From: Octopus sinensis | Taxonomy: Eukaryota | Assembly (NCBI RefSeq): GCF_006345805.1 | Contig: NC_043000.1 | Coordinates: forward strand, 8,804,001 to 8,868,000 | Length of the DNA stretch: 64,000 bases | Reading direction: 5' to 3' | Shown: positions 11,650 to 25,194 of the stretch, in pieces | Position numbering within the stretch: position 1 is the stretch's first letter | Layout: the number at the start of each line of letters is the position of its first letter | Notes under the pieces: generated by a model | Databases searched by the model: none | What the model was told of the DNA's origin: nothing | What the model saw: only the letters and a program-made list of their open reading frames with translations | Program-made: the position numbers and the translations under genes

Positions 11650-11715
11650 AGAGCTCTGAAGAAGCTATGAGCTCTGGACGTGTGCTTACTTAGAGCGAAA
11701 CCAACTGTAATCTCT
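11650..11715 (+). ncRNA. Type I hammerhead candidate
   Basis: agagct-CTGAAGA-a-GCT..tgagc..gctta..AGC-GAAAC-caact-GT-A-atctct. Stem I has one mismatch. Confidence 0.6.
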
Positions 11716-11965
11716 CTTACTCTTTTACTCTTTTACCTGTTTCAGTCATTTGACTGCGACCATGCTGGGGCACCGCCTTTAGTCGTGGAGATCGACCCCA
11801 GGACTTATTCTTTGTAAGCCTAGTACTTATTCTATCGGTCTCTTTTGCTGAACCGCTAAGTTACGGGGACATAAACACACCAGCATGGGTTGTCAAGTGA
11901 TGTTGGGCGGGTGGACAAACACAGACATAAACAACACACACACACACACACACACACACACCACA

Positions 11966-12014
<49 letters not shown>

Positions 12015-12188
12015 ATATGCATATATACGACGGGCTTCTTTCAGTTTCCGTACCAAATCCACTCATAAGGCTTTGGTCGGCCCGAGATTAGTAGAAAGAC
12101 ACTTGCCCAAGGTGCCACGCAGTGGGACTGAATCTGGAACCGTGTGATTGGTAAGCAAGCTACTTACCACACAGCCACTTCTGCGCCT
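11714..12188 (-). mobile_element. SINE family B (CORE-type, octopus OR-like) with internal microsatellite
   Basis: tRNA-like head tggctgtgtggtaag..ggttcagtccc, CORE-like ccttgggcaagtgtctt, internal (TA)n(CA)n and a (gtaaaaga)n tail. Confidence 0.85.
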
Positions 12189-12402
12189 AATCTAATGAAA
12201 ATTATTATGTAACTCCTGTTCATTTTTCATTCGTTACTTGATATAAATCTTTTCATAAGCATTCATTTATCAATGCATACATACGTAAACACATGTAAGT
12301 TAATGTTTAAGCGTTGGGTATTTCCTAGTAGTCTACCATAGTCTCGGGTCGAGCAAAGCCTTGTGAGTGGATTTGGTAGACGGAAACCGAAAGAAGCCCG
12401 TC

Positions 12403-12470
<68 letters not shown>

Positions 12471-12479
<9 letters not shown>

Positions 12480-12700
12480 TATTATTCATAGGTACCGCAC
12501 GCTAGGAGGGACTTTTGCAGTCAAACTACTAAAATCAAAATTGTACCGAATGCAAAACTTCAAAGCAAGTCATTTAAAAACAAAATTCTGTTTTTAATTA
12601 CTTGCTTTGAAGTTTTGCATCCGTACAATGTTGTATATTTTAGTAGTTTTGACTGCAAAAGTCCCCTAGCGTGCGGTACCTATGAATAATAGTACCCTCT
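12471..12700. mobile_element. 230-bp fold-back (MITE-like hairpin)
   Basis: The arms pair over nearly the whole length with a 6-nt loop (aaaaaca-aaattc-tgttttt). Confidence 0.65.
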
Positions 12701-12818
12701 ATATAATATAAATAAATATTTTTCAAAGTGGAAAAATTTCAGATTTTTCTCTTACGCGGTTTTTCACGCTAACTACTGATAATTTCTTATAAAGATTTTA
12801 TACTTAATTTTAAATTTA

Positions 12819-12879
<61 letters not shown>

Positions 12880-13022
12880 TATATTATATAATATATAATT
12901 AATAATAAGGGTGAGAGAATTAGATACTAATTTAATAGTATATCTATTCTACACCAAGTGGCCTAGTGCTCCGAGAAACCTGGATTATTATAATATTTTA
13001 TAATATATTATAATATTTTTAC

Positions 13023-13345
13023 AAATAAAATATAAGAGAGTGGGCACTATATGGCTCACTCTAGCACCAGTTAATCCAATAGTTTCAACCACAAAAATAC
13101 ATGTTTCCCATGAAAGTCAGTACGATTGTTAGCTCACACGGACAGGGCAAATAAAAAATAACAAAAATACAGATTATTTTGGGACAATTGTTTCGCTATT
13201 AATGAATTAAATGTAATTTTACTTACAAAAAAATCCACTTGTAGCTCCTCAGCCAAAACTATCTGGATGAAATCCACTTAATCACACGCCTGGATTAACT
13301 GGTGCTAGAGTGAGCCATATAGTGATCACTCTCTTATATTTATTT
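13023..13345. mobile_element. Fold-back element with ~55-bp inverted arms (PLE-like or MITE)
   Basis: 13023-13078 and 13291-13345 are reverse complements. Confidence 0.55.
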
Positions 13346-13376
<31 letters not shown>

Positions 13377-14777
13377 GTTTGTGTGTGTGTGGTGTGTGTT
13401 GTGTGTGTTTATGTCTGTGTTTGTCTTTTCTACCATCGCTTGACAACCGATTTTGGCGTGTCTACGTCCCAACAACTTAGCAGTTCGGCAGAAGACACCG
13501 ATGCCATAAGCACTAGGCTTATAAAGAATAAGTCCAGGGTTCGATTTCTTCGATTAAAAGGCGGTGCTCCAGCATGGCCACAGTCAATTGACTGAAACGA
13601 ATAAAAGAATATATATATGTATGAATGTACACACACACAGCTGTCCGTCGGCCGATAGTCAATGAGTTTGAAAGACGGGTCAAATAAACGTAGCAACGGA
13701 CTGGAAAAAATGGAAGAATATTTTGAAGAGAAAATAACATCCAGGATTACAAACTTACCCAAAAATACATGTGTGTGTGTGTGTGTGTGTGCGTGCGTGC
13801 GCGCGTGTGTGTGTGTGTGTGTATCGATATAATTACACAGACGATAATCCTATTCCAGTCATTAATTGTTATAATTTTGTTTGTGTATTTATTCATAACA
13901 TGTACGATTTTGATTTGTAGAATTATTCGCGATAGGAACCAAACAAGTAAATCGGCAGACAACTGTACATACATACACACACACACACACATACATACAT
14001 ACATACATACATACACACATACACACACACATACATACATACATACATACACACATACATACATACGTACATACATACATACAATAACAATTTAATAAAT
14101 AAAGCATATGCATACATACATATATGTACATACCTACATCTATATGTATGTATACATGCATATATGGGTACAGGACACCACAAATAAACGTAGAACACAA
14201 CAAGAAACGAAAACATAAAAACAAAACAAGGAAACGGACTTTTTTTTAACAACGACAAAACAGAGTACAAGACATACAACACAAGGAACATTCCCCTTCT
14301 TCAGCTGCCCCTGTTTCGATACGTACATACATACATACATATACATGCATAATTTCTCACATACACACACGCACGCTGACACTCACTCACACACACATAC
14401 ATGGATACACACATGCACATAAGTTTCTGTCTACCTCATTTAATTCTCGCGATTTGGGTCAAACGCATTGCTATGGAGGAACAAACTACAGTTATTGCGC
14501 AGTTGGACTGAACACGCAATTGTCTGATTGCAAAGAAAATTGCGTAACCTTTATTTCATGTGCCTATACTTTTATTAAATGAACATTTATTTATTTGATA
14601 AAGTTTGGGCGTTTTGTCTCACGTGAACAGCAACCTTCCCGTAAATAAAAATGAAGAGACTCATAGGTTATGCACTGGACAGACTTTTTCGTAGGAGGTG
14701 ATGGTCGTGTTGGAGGCGTTGATTATGATGTTGTTGCTGGTGTTGTTCTTGTTGCTACTGCTACTGATGACGACGAC

Positions 14778-14808
<31 letters not shown>

Positions 14809-15031
14809 TTGGAAGTAAAAAGAAAGTAAATATGGAGGAGAGAAAGAAGACGTTAGAAAACGAAGCCTTGGATCTGGAAAAGGAAACGGAATATGAGAGA
14901 GGAGGACACGCAAGAGTTCTAAGAATACAATTGGAATTCTGCCGAACCCATCACGCACACAACCCCGAAACACACACACAAACACGAACGGACGCACACA
15001 CACACAAACTCACACTTACATACACATACAC

Positions 15032-15077
<46 letters not shown>

Positions 15078-15264
15078 ACACATACGAAGGGCATTTCAGG
15101 AAAATGAAAATAGACTGAAAGAATGGAACTAAACTTAAAATGATGAAAATCATTCAACACGCAAACATATAACCAAATACCCACGCGCGCGCGTAGACAA
15201 TACACACACACGCAAACACACACTTACACATTCACATACACACACACACTATATATATATATTA

Positions 15265-15657
15265 TGTGTGTGTGCGTGTATGTATACATACATACATACA
15301 TACATACGTACATACATACATACATACATACATACACACACATACATACATACATACATAATACATACATACACACACACATACATACACACATACATAC
15401 ATACATACATACATAGTACATACATACATACATACATACATACATACATACATACGTACGTACATACATACATACATACATACATACATACACACACACA
15501 TACATACATACATACATACACACACACGTACATACATACATGCATACATACATACATACATACACACACACATACATACATACATACGTACATACATACA
15601 TACATACATACATACATACATACATACATACATACATACATACATACATACATACAT
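15265..15657. repeat. (TACA)n compound microsatellite
   Basis: Direct reading. Similar tracts are at 2861-3014, 13960-14085, 32461-32526, 56149-56310, 57070-57140 and 59580-59950. Confidence 0.98.
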
Positions 15658-15841
15658 TCATGTAGATAGTGTGTAAATACAATGGGCAACAAAAAATCGG
15701 CAAGGGAGAGAAGATTCAACGGATACAATTAACGCTTTAATGGGAAGAGAATGTGTTCTAACGTTTCGTAGATAATTCTTTCATCACAGCAAAGAAAAAA
15801 AACATAGAAGCAGTGAATGAGTAATATATATATATATATAT

Positions 15842-15878
<37 letters not shown>

Positions 15879-16282
15879 CGAGTTAGAACGCGCGCGTTCA
15901 AGAGAGAGGAGGCAGAAAGCGAGAGAGAAACGCAATAAACAAAATAAAAAGATACTTTCACAACAAAGTTTAACGTTGGGGACAAACGGAACCTGACAGA
16001 AAATAAAAGTAAAAAACAAGTATAGCATAGAGGCATCTGAATGACCAGTAACTTCTGCTCGAACCGCATACTAAGGAGCAAATCTACCAAAGAATAATTA
16101 GGTGTAATAGTGCTCTCCAAGGTATCATGTCTACAAAAGCAAATTGCGTGGGTTTCAACAGAGAGAATAACTTAATTCATACATTTTAGTGGTGGTAGCT
16201 CTATCACAGAAACAGAGTTTGGCTTTGATAGAACCCAATTCCTTTTAAACAACCTAAAAAAAATGTGTGAAGTAAATATAAT

Positions 16283-16495
16283 AATCCTTTCTGCTAAGGG
16301 CACAGGGTATGAAATTTGGCGGGAGGGGACTAGTCGATTACATCGACCCCACTGTTCAACTGGAACTCATTTTATGTACCCCGAAAGGATGATAGGAAGA
16401 GTAGACGTCGGCGGAATTTGAACTTAGAACATAAAGACAGACGAAATGCCACTAAGCATTTATGCACGGTGTTCTAACGTTTCTGCCGGCTCGCC
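16283..16495 (-). mobile_element. SINE A
   Basis: Reverse complement of the family A consensus seen elsewhere in the window. Confidence 0.8.
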
Positions 16496-16590
16496 AATAA
16501 AAATTGTAAAAGTAACTCAAGGAAATAAAGTCATAAGACGTATTTTACTTACCGAAGAGGGAAAGGTTACCTTTAATACACACACACACA

Positions 16591-16633
<43 letters not shown>

Positions 16634-16748
16634 ATATATATATATATATATAAAGACTTTTTCACTCCCTGAGCGTTATATTAATACGTCTGTTTGTTGT
16701 CTACACCACCTGTCTTCGTCTTTTGTTTTTTTATTTGTGAATTCTCCC

Positions 16749-16800
<52 letters not shown>

Positions 16801-16824
16801 TATATATAATATATATAAACATAT

Positions 16825-17149
16825 GACACTCGGTCGATTACGACGACGAAGGTTCCGGTTGATTCCATCAAATCAACGGAACACCCTGCTCGTGAAATTT
16901 ACGTGCATGTCGCTAAATACTTCACAGACACGTGTACCTTTAACATGGTTTTCAAGGAGATTCAGCATGACACAGAGTGTGACAAGGCTGGCCCTTTGAA
17001 ATACAGGGACTACCCATTTTTACCAGCTGACTGGACTGCAGCAACGTGAAATAAAGTCTCTTGCTCAAGGACACAACGCGTCGCCGGGAATTGAACTCAC
17101 CACTGTACGACTGTGAGTCGAATACCCTAACCACCAAGCCACGCGCCTT
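16825..17149 (-). mobile_element. SINE family C (tRNA-derived, CORE-type)
   Basis: A box tggcttggtgg, B box gttcaattccc and CORE-like gtgtccttgagcaagagacttt. Fragments are at about 43440 and 62340. Confidence 0.75.
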
Positions 17150-17702
17150 AACAACAACAACAAAAAGTGTAAAAAAATTACGTCAATAAAAAAAGATGTT
17201 ATCGTAAAAGTGAATGAAGGAGTTCATAATACCAGTAAACGTATGCGGGTTAAAACGTTTAAAAAATTGTGAACTCTTCGTTCAGGAAACCGAAGTTTTT
17301 TATTGAAATGCTAAAAGCTTTTACAGAGATATTAAAACACGTACGCGCGCGCACACAAGCACACACAAACAAGAAAGATAGTACTAGATGACATCGTATA
17401 AACGAACGGGTATTGAAGCATATTGGAGTGGGATATAGAACCAAAAAATCATACAGTACAATAAACAAAAAAATACAGTGGATTAGAAGATAAAACGGTT
17501 TAAAAACACAACAGCAATGCAAACAACGCCTACCATAACTAGCAAGGAATTCAGCAATATGTTAACTGTTGCAAGTAAAGCGGAAAGCTCATCATATTGA
17601 CGAGGTTCTCGGCTGAAATGCAAAACCAATGCTTATAACGCTCTGACTACTGCCACTCAGTGGATCTGTAAAAGTCCAGAGCAAATATCCAGAGCAAATT
17701 TT

Positions 17703-18290
<588 letters not shown>

Positions 18291-18662
18291 AATATGTAAA
18301 TTGATAAATTTTAAAAAGCCTAAAACCACCCTAATTACAGGCTTGTAATACTGTTTGCTAACAGCCTACAAAACGCTTACTGTACGCTACAACAAGCTTG
18401 TTACATAGAAAGCAAGTAGCATCTTACCAAAGGAGCAATAATAGTGCGAGAGAGAGAGAGAGAGAGAGAGAGAAACACACACACACAGAGGGAGAGGGAG
18501 AGATGGGAGAAAAATACGGTGGTACAGTGTAACAAATGGTGAATTAATAATTATCGAAAACATGAAAATGTTAAGAAAAAATTAACAAATGTGGGGTTTC
18601 TTAGTCACCCACGATATCTGCATTCTTAAAGATTATTATTATTATTATTATTATTATTATTG

Positions 18663-18703
<41 letters not shown>

Positions 18704-18820
18704 GTTGTTGTTGTTGTTATTATTATTATCATTATTATTGTTATTATTATTATTATTAACAAAAATAAAAGAGTGCCATTGTTATCAAGTGAACGATATT
18801 TCGTGTGATTTATTATTATT

Positions 18821-19033
18821 GAGAGACCAGTTGAGCGATTCGTTAGCACATCGGGAAAAATGCTTAGTAGCATTTCGTCCGTCTTAGTGTTCTGAGTTCA
18901 AATCCCGCCGTGGTCAACTTTGCCTTTCATCTTTTCGAGATCGATAAAATAAGTACCAGTTGCACACTGAGGCCGAAGTAATCAACTAAACCCCTCCCCC
19001 GAACTTGTTGGCCATGTACCAAAATTTGAAAAC
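18821..19033 (+). mobile_element. SINE A
   Basis: Family A core and tail. Confidence 0.8.
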
Positions 19034-19046
19034 ATCATTATTATTT

Positions 19047-20060
19047 TATTGTCTTTGCACTGCTTCTAACACTGAAGGTGTACTACGGTGTCAGCTGTTC
19101 ACTACCAGTGAACTAAGGTAACACCTCTTATTTTTCGAGCACATCCGGAGTATTCGAGCGGTTCCAAGCAGTGCTGTTTTCTGCAGGTGCTCCACCCTTA
19201 TTGCATCCCTTATTTGTACCACGTACTTCTCAAGATTTTTACTCAGTTCCCAGGGCTCCAACAATTATTGGTACTACTACTACCTTTTTCATCCACCACA
19301 ACTGCTTAAGCTCCCAAGCTAACTTTACGTATCTACCGACTTTTCTTTCTCCTTTATCACATACTTTGTTGTCAGCTGGGCATGCTATATCTATGATCCA
19401 GCATCGTTTGCTTTCTTTCTCAACACTATGGTTTCCTATTCTCTATTTCATGGTCGCATTGAATCATAAAATCCCATAGGATCTTTGCATTATCAATTTC
19501 GATGATGCTTTCGTACCACCTTTTTGCTCTACCAAGTCCATAATTGTTGCAAAGTGTCTAGTGGACAAGCCTTGCTATGGTGTCATGACGTCTCATATTC
19601 TTTATGGGCCAGTGGCGTACATTGACTGGAAATATCCCATACAGTTTCACCATCTTGTCCACAAATTCTACACTTATCACTTTCTGGTGTGTTGTCTATT
19701 CTGTATTTGATGTAGTTGATTCTTAATGCTTGCTCTTTGGCAGCACAGATTAGAGCCTCCATTTCCGGTTTTAAATCACTTTTAGTCATCCATAGTCATC
19801 TTTTTTCTCTGTCTGTCTTATCTTCAACATCCTTATGAGATTGTTCATGCATTCTTTTCTTTCCCCATCTATTTTTAGTTTCATTCATTCTCAAGTCCTC
19901 GTACAGTGCTTTATCTTTGCAATCTTCCATCCTACACAAGCCTGACTTTCTTACTTCAAATAATAGCGGACCTGCAGCATTTTTACATACCATGCTATGT
20001 TGTTTTCTTCTGTTCTAATGCTGTGTTCACATCCAATCAGTCCTCTCCTCCGCCTTTTTC
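19047..20060 (-). mobile_element. R4/Dong-clade LINE 3' fragment
   Basis: LKPEMEALICAAKEQALR..CRICGQ.GETVW and LQKTALLGTARILR, with (TAA)n flanks. Confidence 0.85.
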
Positions 20061-20095
20061 ATGGTATTATTATTGTTGTTGTTGTGTTGTTGTTG

Positions 20096-20157
<62 letters not shown>

Positions 20158-20158
<1 letters not shown>

Positions 20159-20710
20159 GGGCGGCAAGCTGACAGAATCATTAACACGTCGATCAAAGTA
20201 ATTAGCAACATTTCGTAAGTCTTTATGTTCTGAGTCCAAAATCAACCGAGGTAAACTTTGCCTGTCATCTTTTCGGGGGTCAATGAAAGAAGTACCAGTC
20301 AATGCAATTGGCTAGCCACGGTATAAGATAAACTCTGCAGGCAGGGAAACGCTGCCAGGTGGAACTGTTTGTAAATGCTCGCAGAGCGACGAAGACGTTC
20401 TGCACGCACTTGTACAGTGTCCGAGTATTGCTGACTTGTAGAGTTCAGTTGAACAGCTGTCGTCGTGTCTGTTATGAGGACTTCTATAATTTTCATTATT
20501 ATCTTCCCATTCTAAGGCGGCGAGTTGACAGAATCATTAGCACGCTGGGCGGCATGCTTAGCGGTATTTCGTCCGTTTTTACGTTCAGAGTTCGAATTCC
20601 GCCGGGGTGGACTTTTATCTTTCGGGGTCGATAAAATAAGCATCAGTTGGGCACCGGGGTCGATTTAATCTACTTAGTCCCTCCCGCGAAGTTGTGCCAA
20701 AATTTGAAAT
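20158..20710 (+). mobile_element. Two SINE A copies (20158-20300 and 20514-20710) bracketing a Tx1 fragment
   Basis: Family A head and core. Confidence 0.75.
20305..20480 (+). mobile_element. Tx1 zinc-knuckle (zf-RVT-like) fragment
   Basis: CKCSQSDEDVLHALVQCPSIADL*. Confidence 0.65.
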
Positions 20711-21167
20711 TAAAATTATATTCTCATTTTGGAATGTAGATTTTTGTCTCTGATTTGCTTGTTTCCTGTCTGATAGTTTCTACAGTGCTTGTACTGCGTC
20801 TTGAGGGTTGATTTATTTTATGTATAGTCGTTTTGTTGTATTGTTTTCTTTCCTTTGCAAAATCTTGTTTTGTATGTAGTGGATTCTATTATGATGCTAC
20901 CAATGGGTTTCGGTGGATCCTTTTCATAAGAAAAATTCGATTATTTTGTTTTATTTTCAATGCGTCGTCCTATTTCAATTTTTGAGATCTTGTTATTGTT
21001 TATGATAAATCTCTGTACTTTAGCAAATGTGTTTGCAGTGACGTTTCTCACTTTCTATTTTCCTCACAGCTCTTATATCTTTCTTTATAGTACTTAAAGT
21101 GTTGATATGTAATGTACAGTTCATTAGCCTAACGTTCTTTATTGAAGTTGCAGGAGGAAATTGGTCG

Positions 21168-21220
21168 TTCAGAGCTGAGATTTTCAGAGCTGAGATTTTC
21201 AGAGCTGAGATTTTCAGAGC
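21168..21220. repeat. 15-bp tandem repeat (ttcagagctgagatt), about 3.5 copies
   Basis: Direct reading. Confidence 0.95.
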
Positions 21221-21363
21221 ACATTGCTTCTGAGTCACGCACTACATTATTTTCAGATCGTAATCACAATAAACTCACGCTGTGAAATTCCTCATATTCT
21301 ATGCCCCGGTTTATAATGATTTTTGTTACTATGCTATCAACAGACATAGGTGATTTGTAAAGG

Positions 21364-21432
21364 AAGCCGCGGGCACGAGCCCGGGTGAAGCCGACCGCGG
21401 GTAAAGATCTCGGTGGTAGTAGCAATTATTAA
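21364..21432 (+). rRNA. 28S: Isolated ~70-bp 28S rRNA fragment (pseudogenic)
   Basis: gagcccgggtgaagccgaccgcgggtaaagatctcggtggtagtagcaattatt matches the conserved LSU segment GCCCGGGTGGAGCCGCCGCAGGTGCAGATCTTGGTGGTAGTAGCAAATATT, recalled from memory. Confidence 0.8.
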
Positions 21433-21849
21433 ATTAGCTGATTCCATTTTGTTTTTTGTTTATGTTCAAACGTTCGTTTAATTCTATCTTGCTTGTGTTT
21501 GGTGCTTATTTTGTTCTTATTTTCCAATATGTGTGTTATTAAAAGCAAAGTTTGGGTGAAATAATCGCATATAATAACCATGAGGCAATAACCATCAGTA
21601 GCACTTATTAATATCGATTTGTTCTGATTTTATTTGTATTCAAAAATTCATTGCGCTCTGTATATTTTGTATACTATAATCAAAGTAATAAATACAATAA
21701 ATATCAGTATTACACATTAGTGATCTCATATAACTTTCTTGAGCTTTCGTGTATATTTTTGGCTTTGGTAATATCGAATTTGTTCTGTATTTTGCAGAAA
21801 GCGCCATGTTTGCACGTTCATGATATTATTCAGTTCGACTGCAATCAGC

Positions 21850-22084
<235 letters not shown>

Positions 22085-22639
22085 ATTTGCATAATCGTTC
22101 GAACATCTGACAAAATGTCATGCGGTATTTTTTGCTTAATTTGCATTTCATCTTTCTATGATAAAATAAGCATCAGCCAAATAATGGACTCGATACAATC
22201 GACTGAACTCCATTCCTAGAAATTACTTTTCTTGTATCTAAATCAGAAATTATCATAAATGGTGGGAGATTGGCAGAATTGTTGGAGCGTCAGAAGAAAT
22301 GCTTTGGGGCGTTTCTTCCGGTTTTTCATATTCTGGATTCACATCCTACCGAAACCGATCCGTTTTCAGAAGCTGGATAGCTGCAATGTACAGCGCTTTT
22401 TGCTCGGTGTTCAGGGTAAGCGGGCACTTGTCGGAACCGTTTAGTATTTATGCGCTCAGTCCACCAAAGATGACACTTCTCTTTACTTCTGTACGTGCTA
22501 AGTGTAGAACCATTACTGCAGAAGTTAGAGGTTTCGAGGGGCATCCTGCGCGAACTAGGATGTGGAAGATTCGTGTTTGTACATGTGGACAACGTTATAG
22601 TGATAATGTCGAACACGAAACACACTGATGTGATCAGCG

Positions 22640-23695
22640 CAACTCTGAGGAACTAAGAGGCGGTGAGCAAAAGGAGAAGTCGGTGAACCTGCAACTCGGC
22701 ACCTGAGCAGGCAAGTCCATACCGTCCAACAGAGTCGTGGGGCGCTAGATGGCCGCACTGGTTAAATTGCCCGATGTTTGGAAGGAGGTGACAAGCAGGG
22801 TGGTCAGTCTCACCCAGACGTTGGCTGAGGAGGAGAGTGTTTATGAAGGGCCGGGCGAAGGTAGCAATGCGCATATGGCAATCGTCATCTGATACCACCT
22901 CTGTCACTCACACCTTGTCTGCTTCGTAGCAAACCAGATGGGAGCGCTTGCTCTTCCGATTTCTTTAGAGGGGACGTGTTCCATTGGTCAGACAGTCCAC
23001 TTGCTGATAACATGCCTTGAGAGGAGGGTTAAGCATTCCATGGTTAATGATGCGTAGCCATGCGCTAAGGCTGCGACATCGGGGAAGCCTTGGGCGTTGA
23101 TAAAAATCAACTGGATGGCCCATGGAAAACTTCCAGTAAATCTCTGGTCTGGCACTTGTAGAGTATATACTTGTAGAGTAGATTTTCAACCGAGATGCAC
23201 GCAAAATGACGAAATCATTATATACACACTCGTACAATGGTTGTACATTGCTGACTTGTGAGGCTATGCCGAACATTTGCTTTCTATGGCGAAAGAAGTT
23301 GTATGGCGGGCGCGACTGAAGGGACTGAAGAGCGGCAGTTTTCTTTTTGGCCAAGTTACATAAACTTTTTCAGGTTCCACTTGGAGAGCAACATAAGGTG
23401 CAGAGGGAGTTGCTGTCTCCCATTAAATGTCTTGAAAGCTGGGTGAATGTAGCAAGAAAGTCCCGGAGTAAACGGACCTAGCACTTACCATGGTGCACCT
23501 GGTGAGCAGGGTAACTCAGGATCTGTGGGGTTCCTTAGTCAACCTTGTGTGGAGTTCTCGCTACTGGAGAGTTTTATATTTTATAATTTTATTATTGTTA
23601 TTATTTCATTGTTTACAATGTATGTAAACAACTTTTCCTTTTATATCGTCCTTTGTTTCGTGTGCGGCCCTTGTGGCCATAACAGAAAATTTTAT
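22640..23695 (+). mobile_element. Decayed Tx1-clade LINE 3' portion
   Basis: KGRAKVA..ERLLFRFL*RGRVPLVRQ..LRGGLSIPWLMMR..ALRLRH is the post-RT region. The C-terminus resembles the 9.5-10 kb family. Confidence 0.75.
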
Positions 23696-24620
23696 AGCGG
23701 ACAGACGAAGCACTGATTTTGATGTAATTCACTGAAACCGTTGGAGAGTGTGCTCCAGCTTGGCTGTGACCCAGTGACGGAGTAAAAGTAAAATATTAGA
23801 CCAGCCTCGTCAACACGTATGACGATCTACTTTAATCATAGTCATTAGATTTTATTAACTTTAAATTCATAAAATAATAACCTCTTTGAGCAAACGTAAA
23901 TGTTATAAAGAAAAGACTTAAAGGCAAGAAAATACAAGAAAATGCTGTAAAAATTCATTAAAACTTAATTGATTAAAATACAGATCTATATATGACGCCA
24001 CACTACTTAATATGAGATGAGTTGAAATAGAATTTAGCAGGGAGCGAATGGACTCAACAACTAGACATACATTAGCAAGTGTAACGACGTTAAATCACGC
24101 TTTTGGTGAATAATATGCAAATACATTCTTCCCACTCTTTATACAAATCAGAAGCCATGTCGGCATGACTTTATATTTGCTAAAATTTTCAGAATAGCAC
24201 CCGATGGGATAATTCAGCAATTCAGCTTCAATTTGCATTTTAACCTTTCTAACCACCCTTAATAACTACTAAATGGCCATCAGAAACTGACGGTCATTTA
24301 GTACATCCACATCGAGTAATAGAAAATAAAAGAAGAAATGATCTAGAATCTGCTTTTGTTAGCTGTAAGTAAAATGTCTATATTCATTTCACAGGTAAAC
24401 ATATTATATGGCTTCAATAAATCATTCGGTATTCTGAAAGAAAATAACGACAACTTCTGAGTTTAAACGATGGTGACGTTTCGGTAAATACTATCTCTGT
24501 AAGAGGTATATTTTACGCTTAAAGGCCGACTGTTATTCATTTTTCTCTCTCAAACTTTATTCCAGTAAGTTCGTTGATTATGTTTGACAAATAGATTTTG
24601 TATCATCATCATCATCATCA

Positions 24621-24673
<53 letters not shown>

Positions 24674-24977
24674 TATTATTATTATTATTATTATTATTGT
24701 GTCTCCTGTCACATCAATGAGAACTTTGGAAGTATGCTTTTTCCACCGTGGTTAATATGAGGAAATATGGCAAACATACAATAATTATTATATTAACTTT
24801 TAACAAATTCCTTGCTGCTTATTAGAAAATGAAGTAATAAATACTGATTTTCAAAAGAAAAATATGTATTACTTTAAACCAAAATTAAATATAACAAATC
24901 TCATTTGTGTATTTGCAATAAAGATAGAGTGGGCCAAAAACTCACGCACCAAAACATTTGACATTTTATTTATGCTA

Positions 24978-25011
<34 letters not shown>

Positions 25012-25044
25012 TATTATTATTATTATTATTATTATATTATATTA

Positions 25045-25075
<31 letters not shown>

Positions 25076-25157
25076 TTATTATTTATTATTCTTATTATTA
25101 TTATTATTATTATTATATTATTATTATTTTATTATATTATTTATTATATTATTATTA

Positions 25158-25190
<33 letters not shown>

Positions 25191-25194
<4 letters not shown>

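Noticed and set aside
14670-15107. 145-aa ORF with an acidic run
   Set aside because: It is built from GAT, GTT and CA repeats.
16825-17149. tRNA genes at SINE heads
   Set aside because: A and B boxes are present but there is no complete cloverleaf, and the heads run into SINE cores.
17593-17630. TGACGA-GGT..GCT-GAAA motif
   Set aside because: It lacks C3, stem III and stem I.
20720-21100. Possible R4-like N-terminal coding relic (KVQRFIINNNKISKIEIGRRIE) on the minus strand
   Set aside because: The similarity is short, low-complexity and only from memory.
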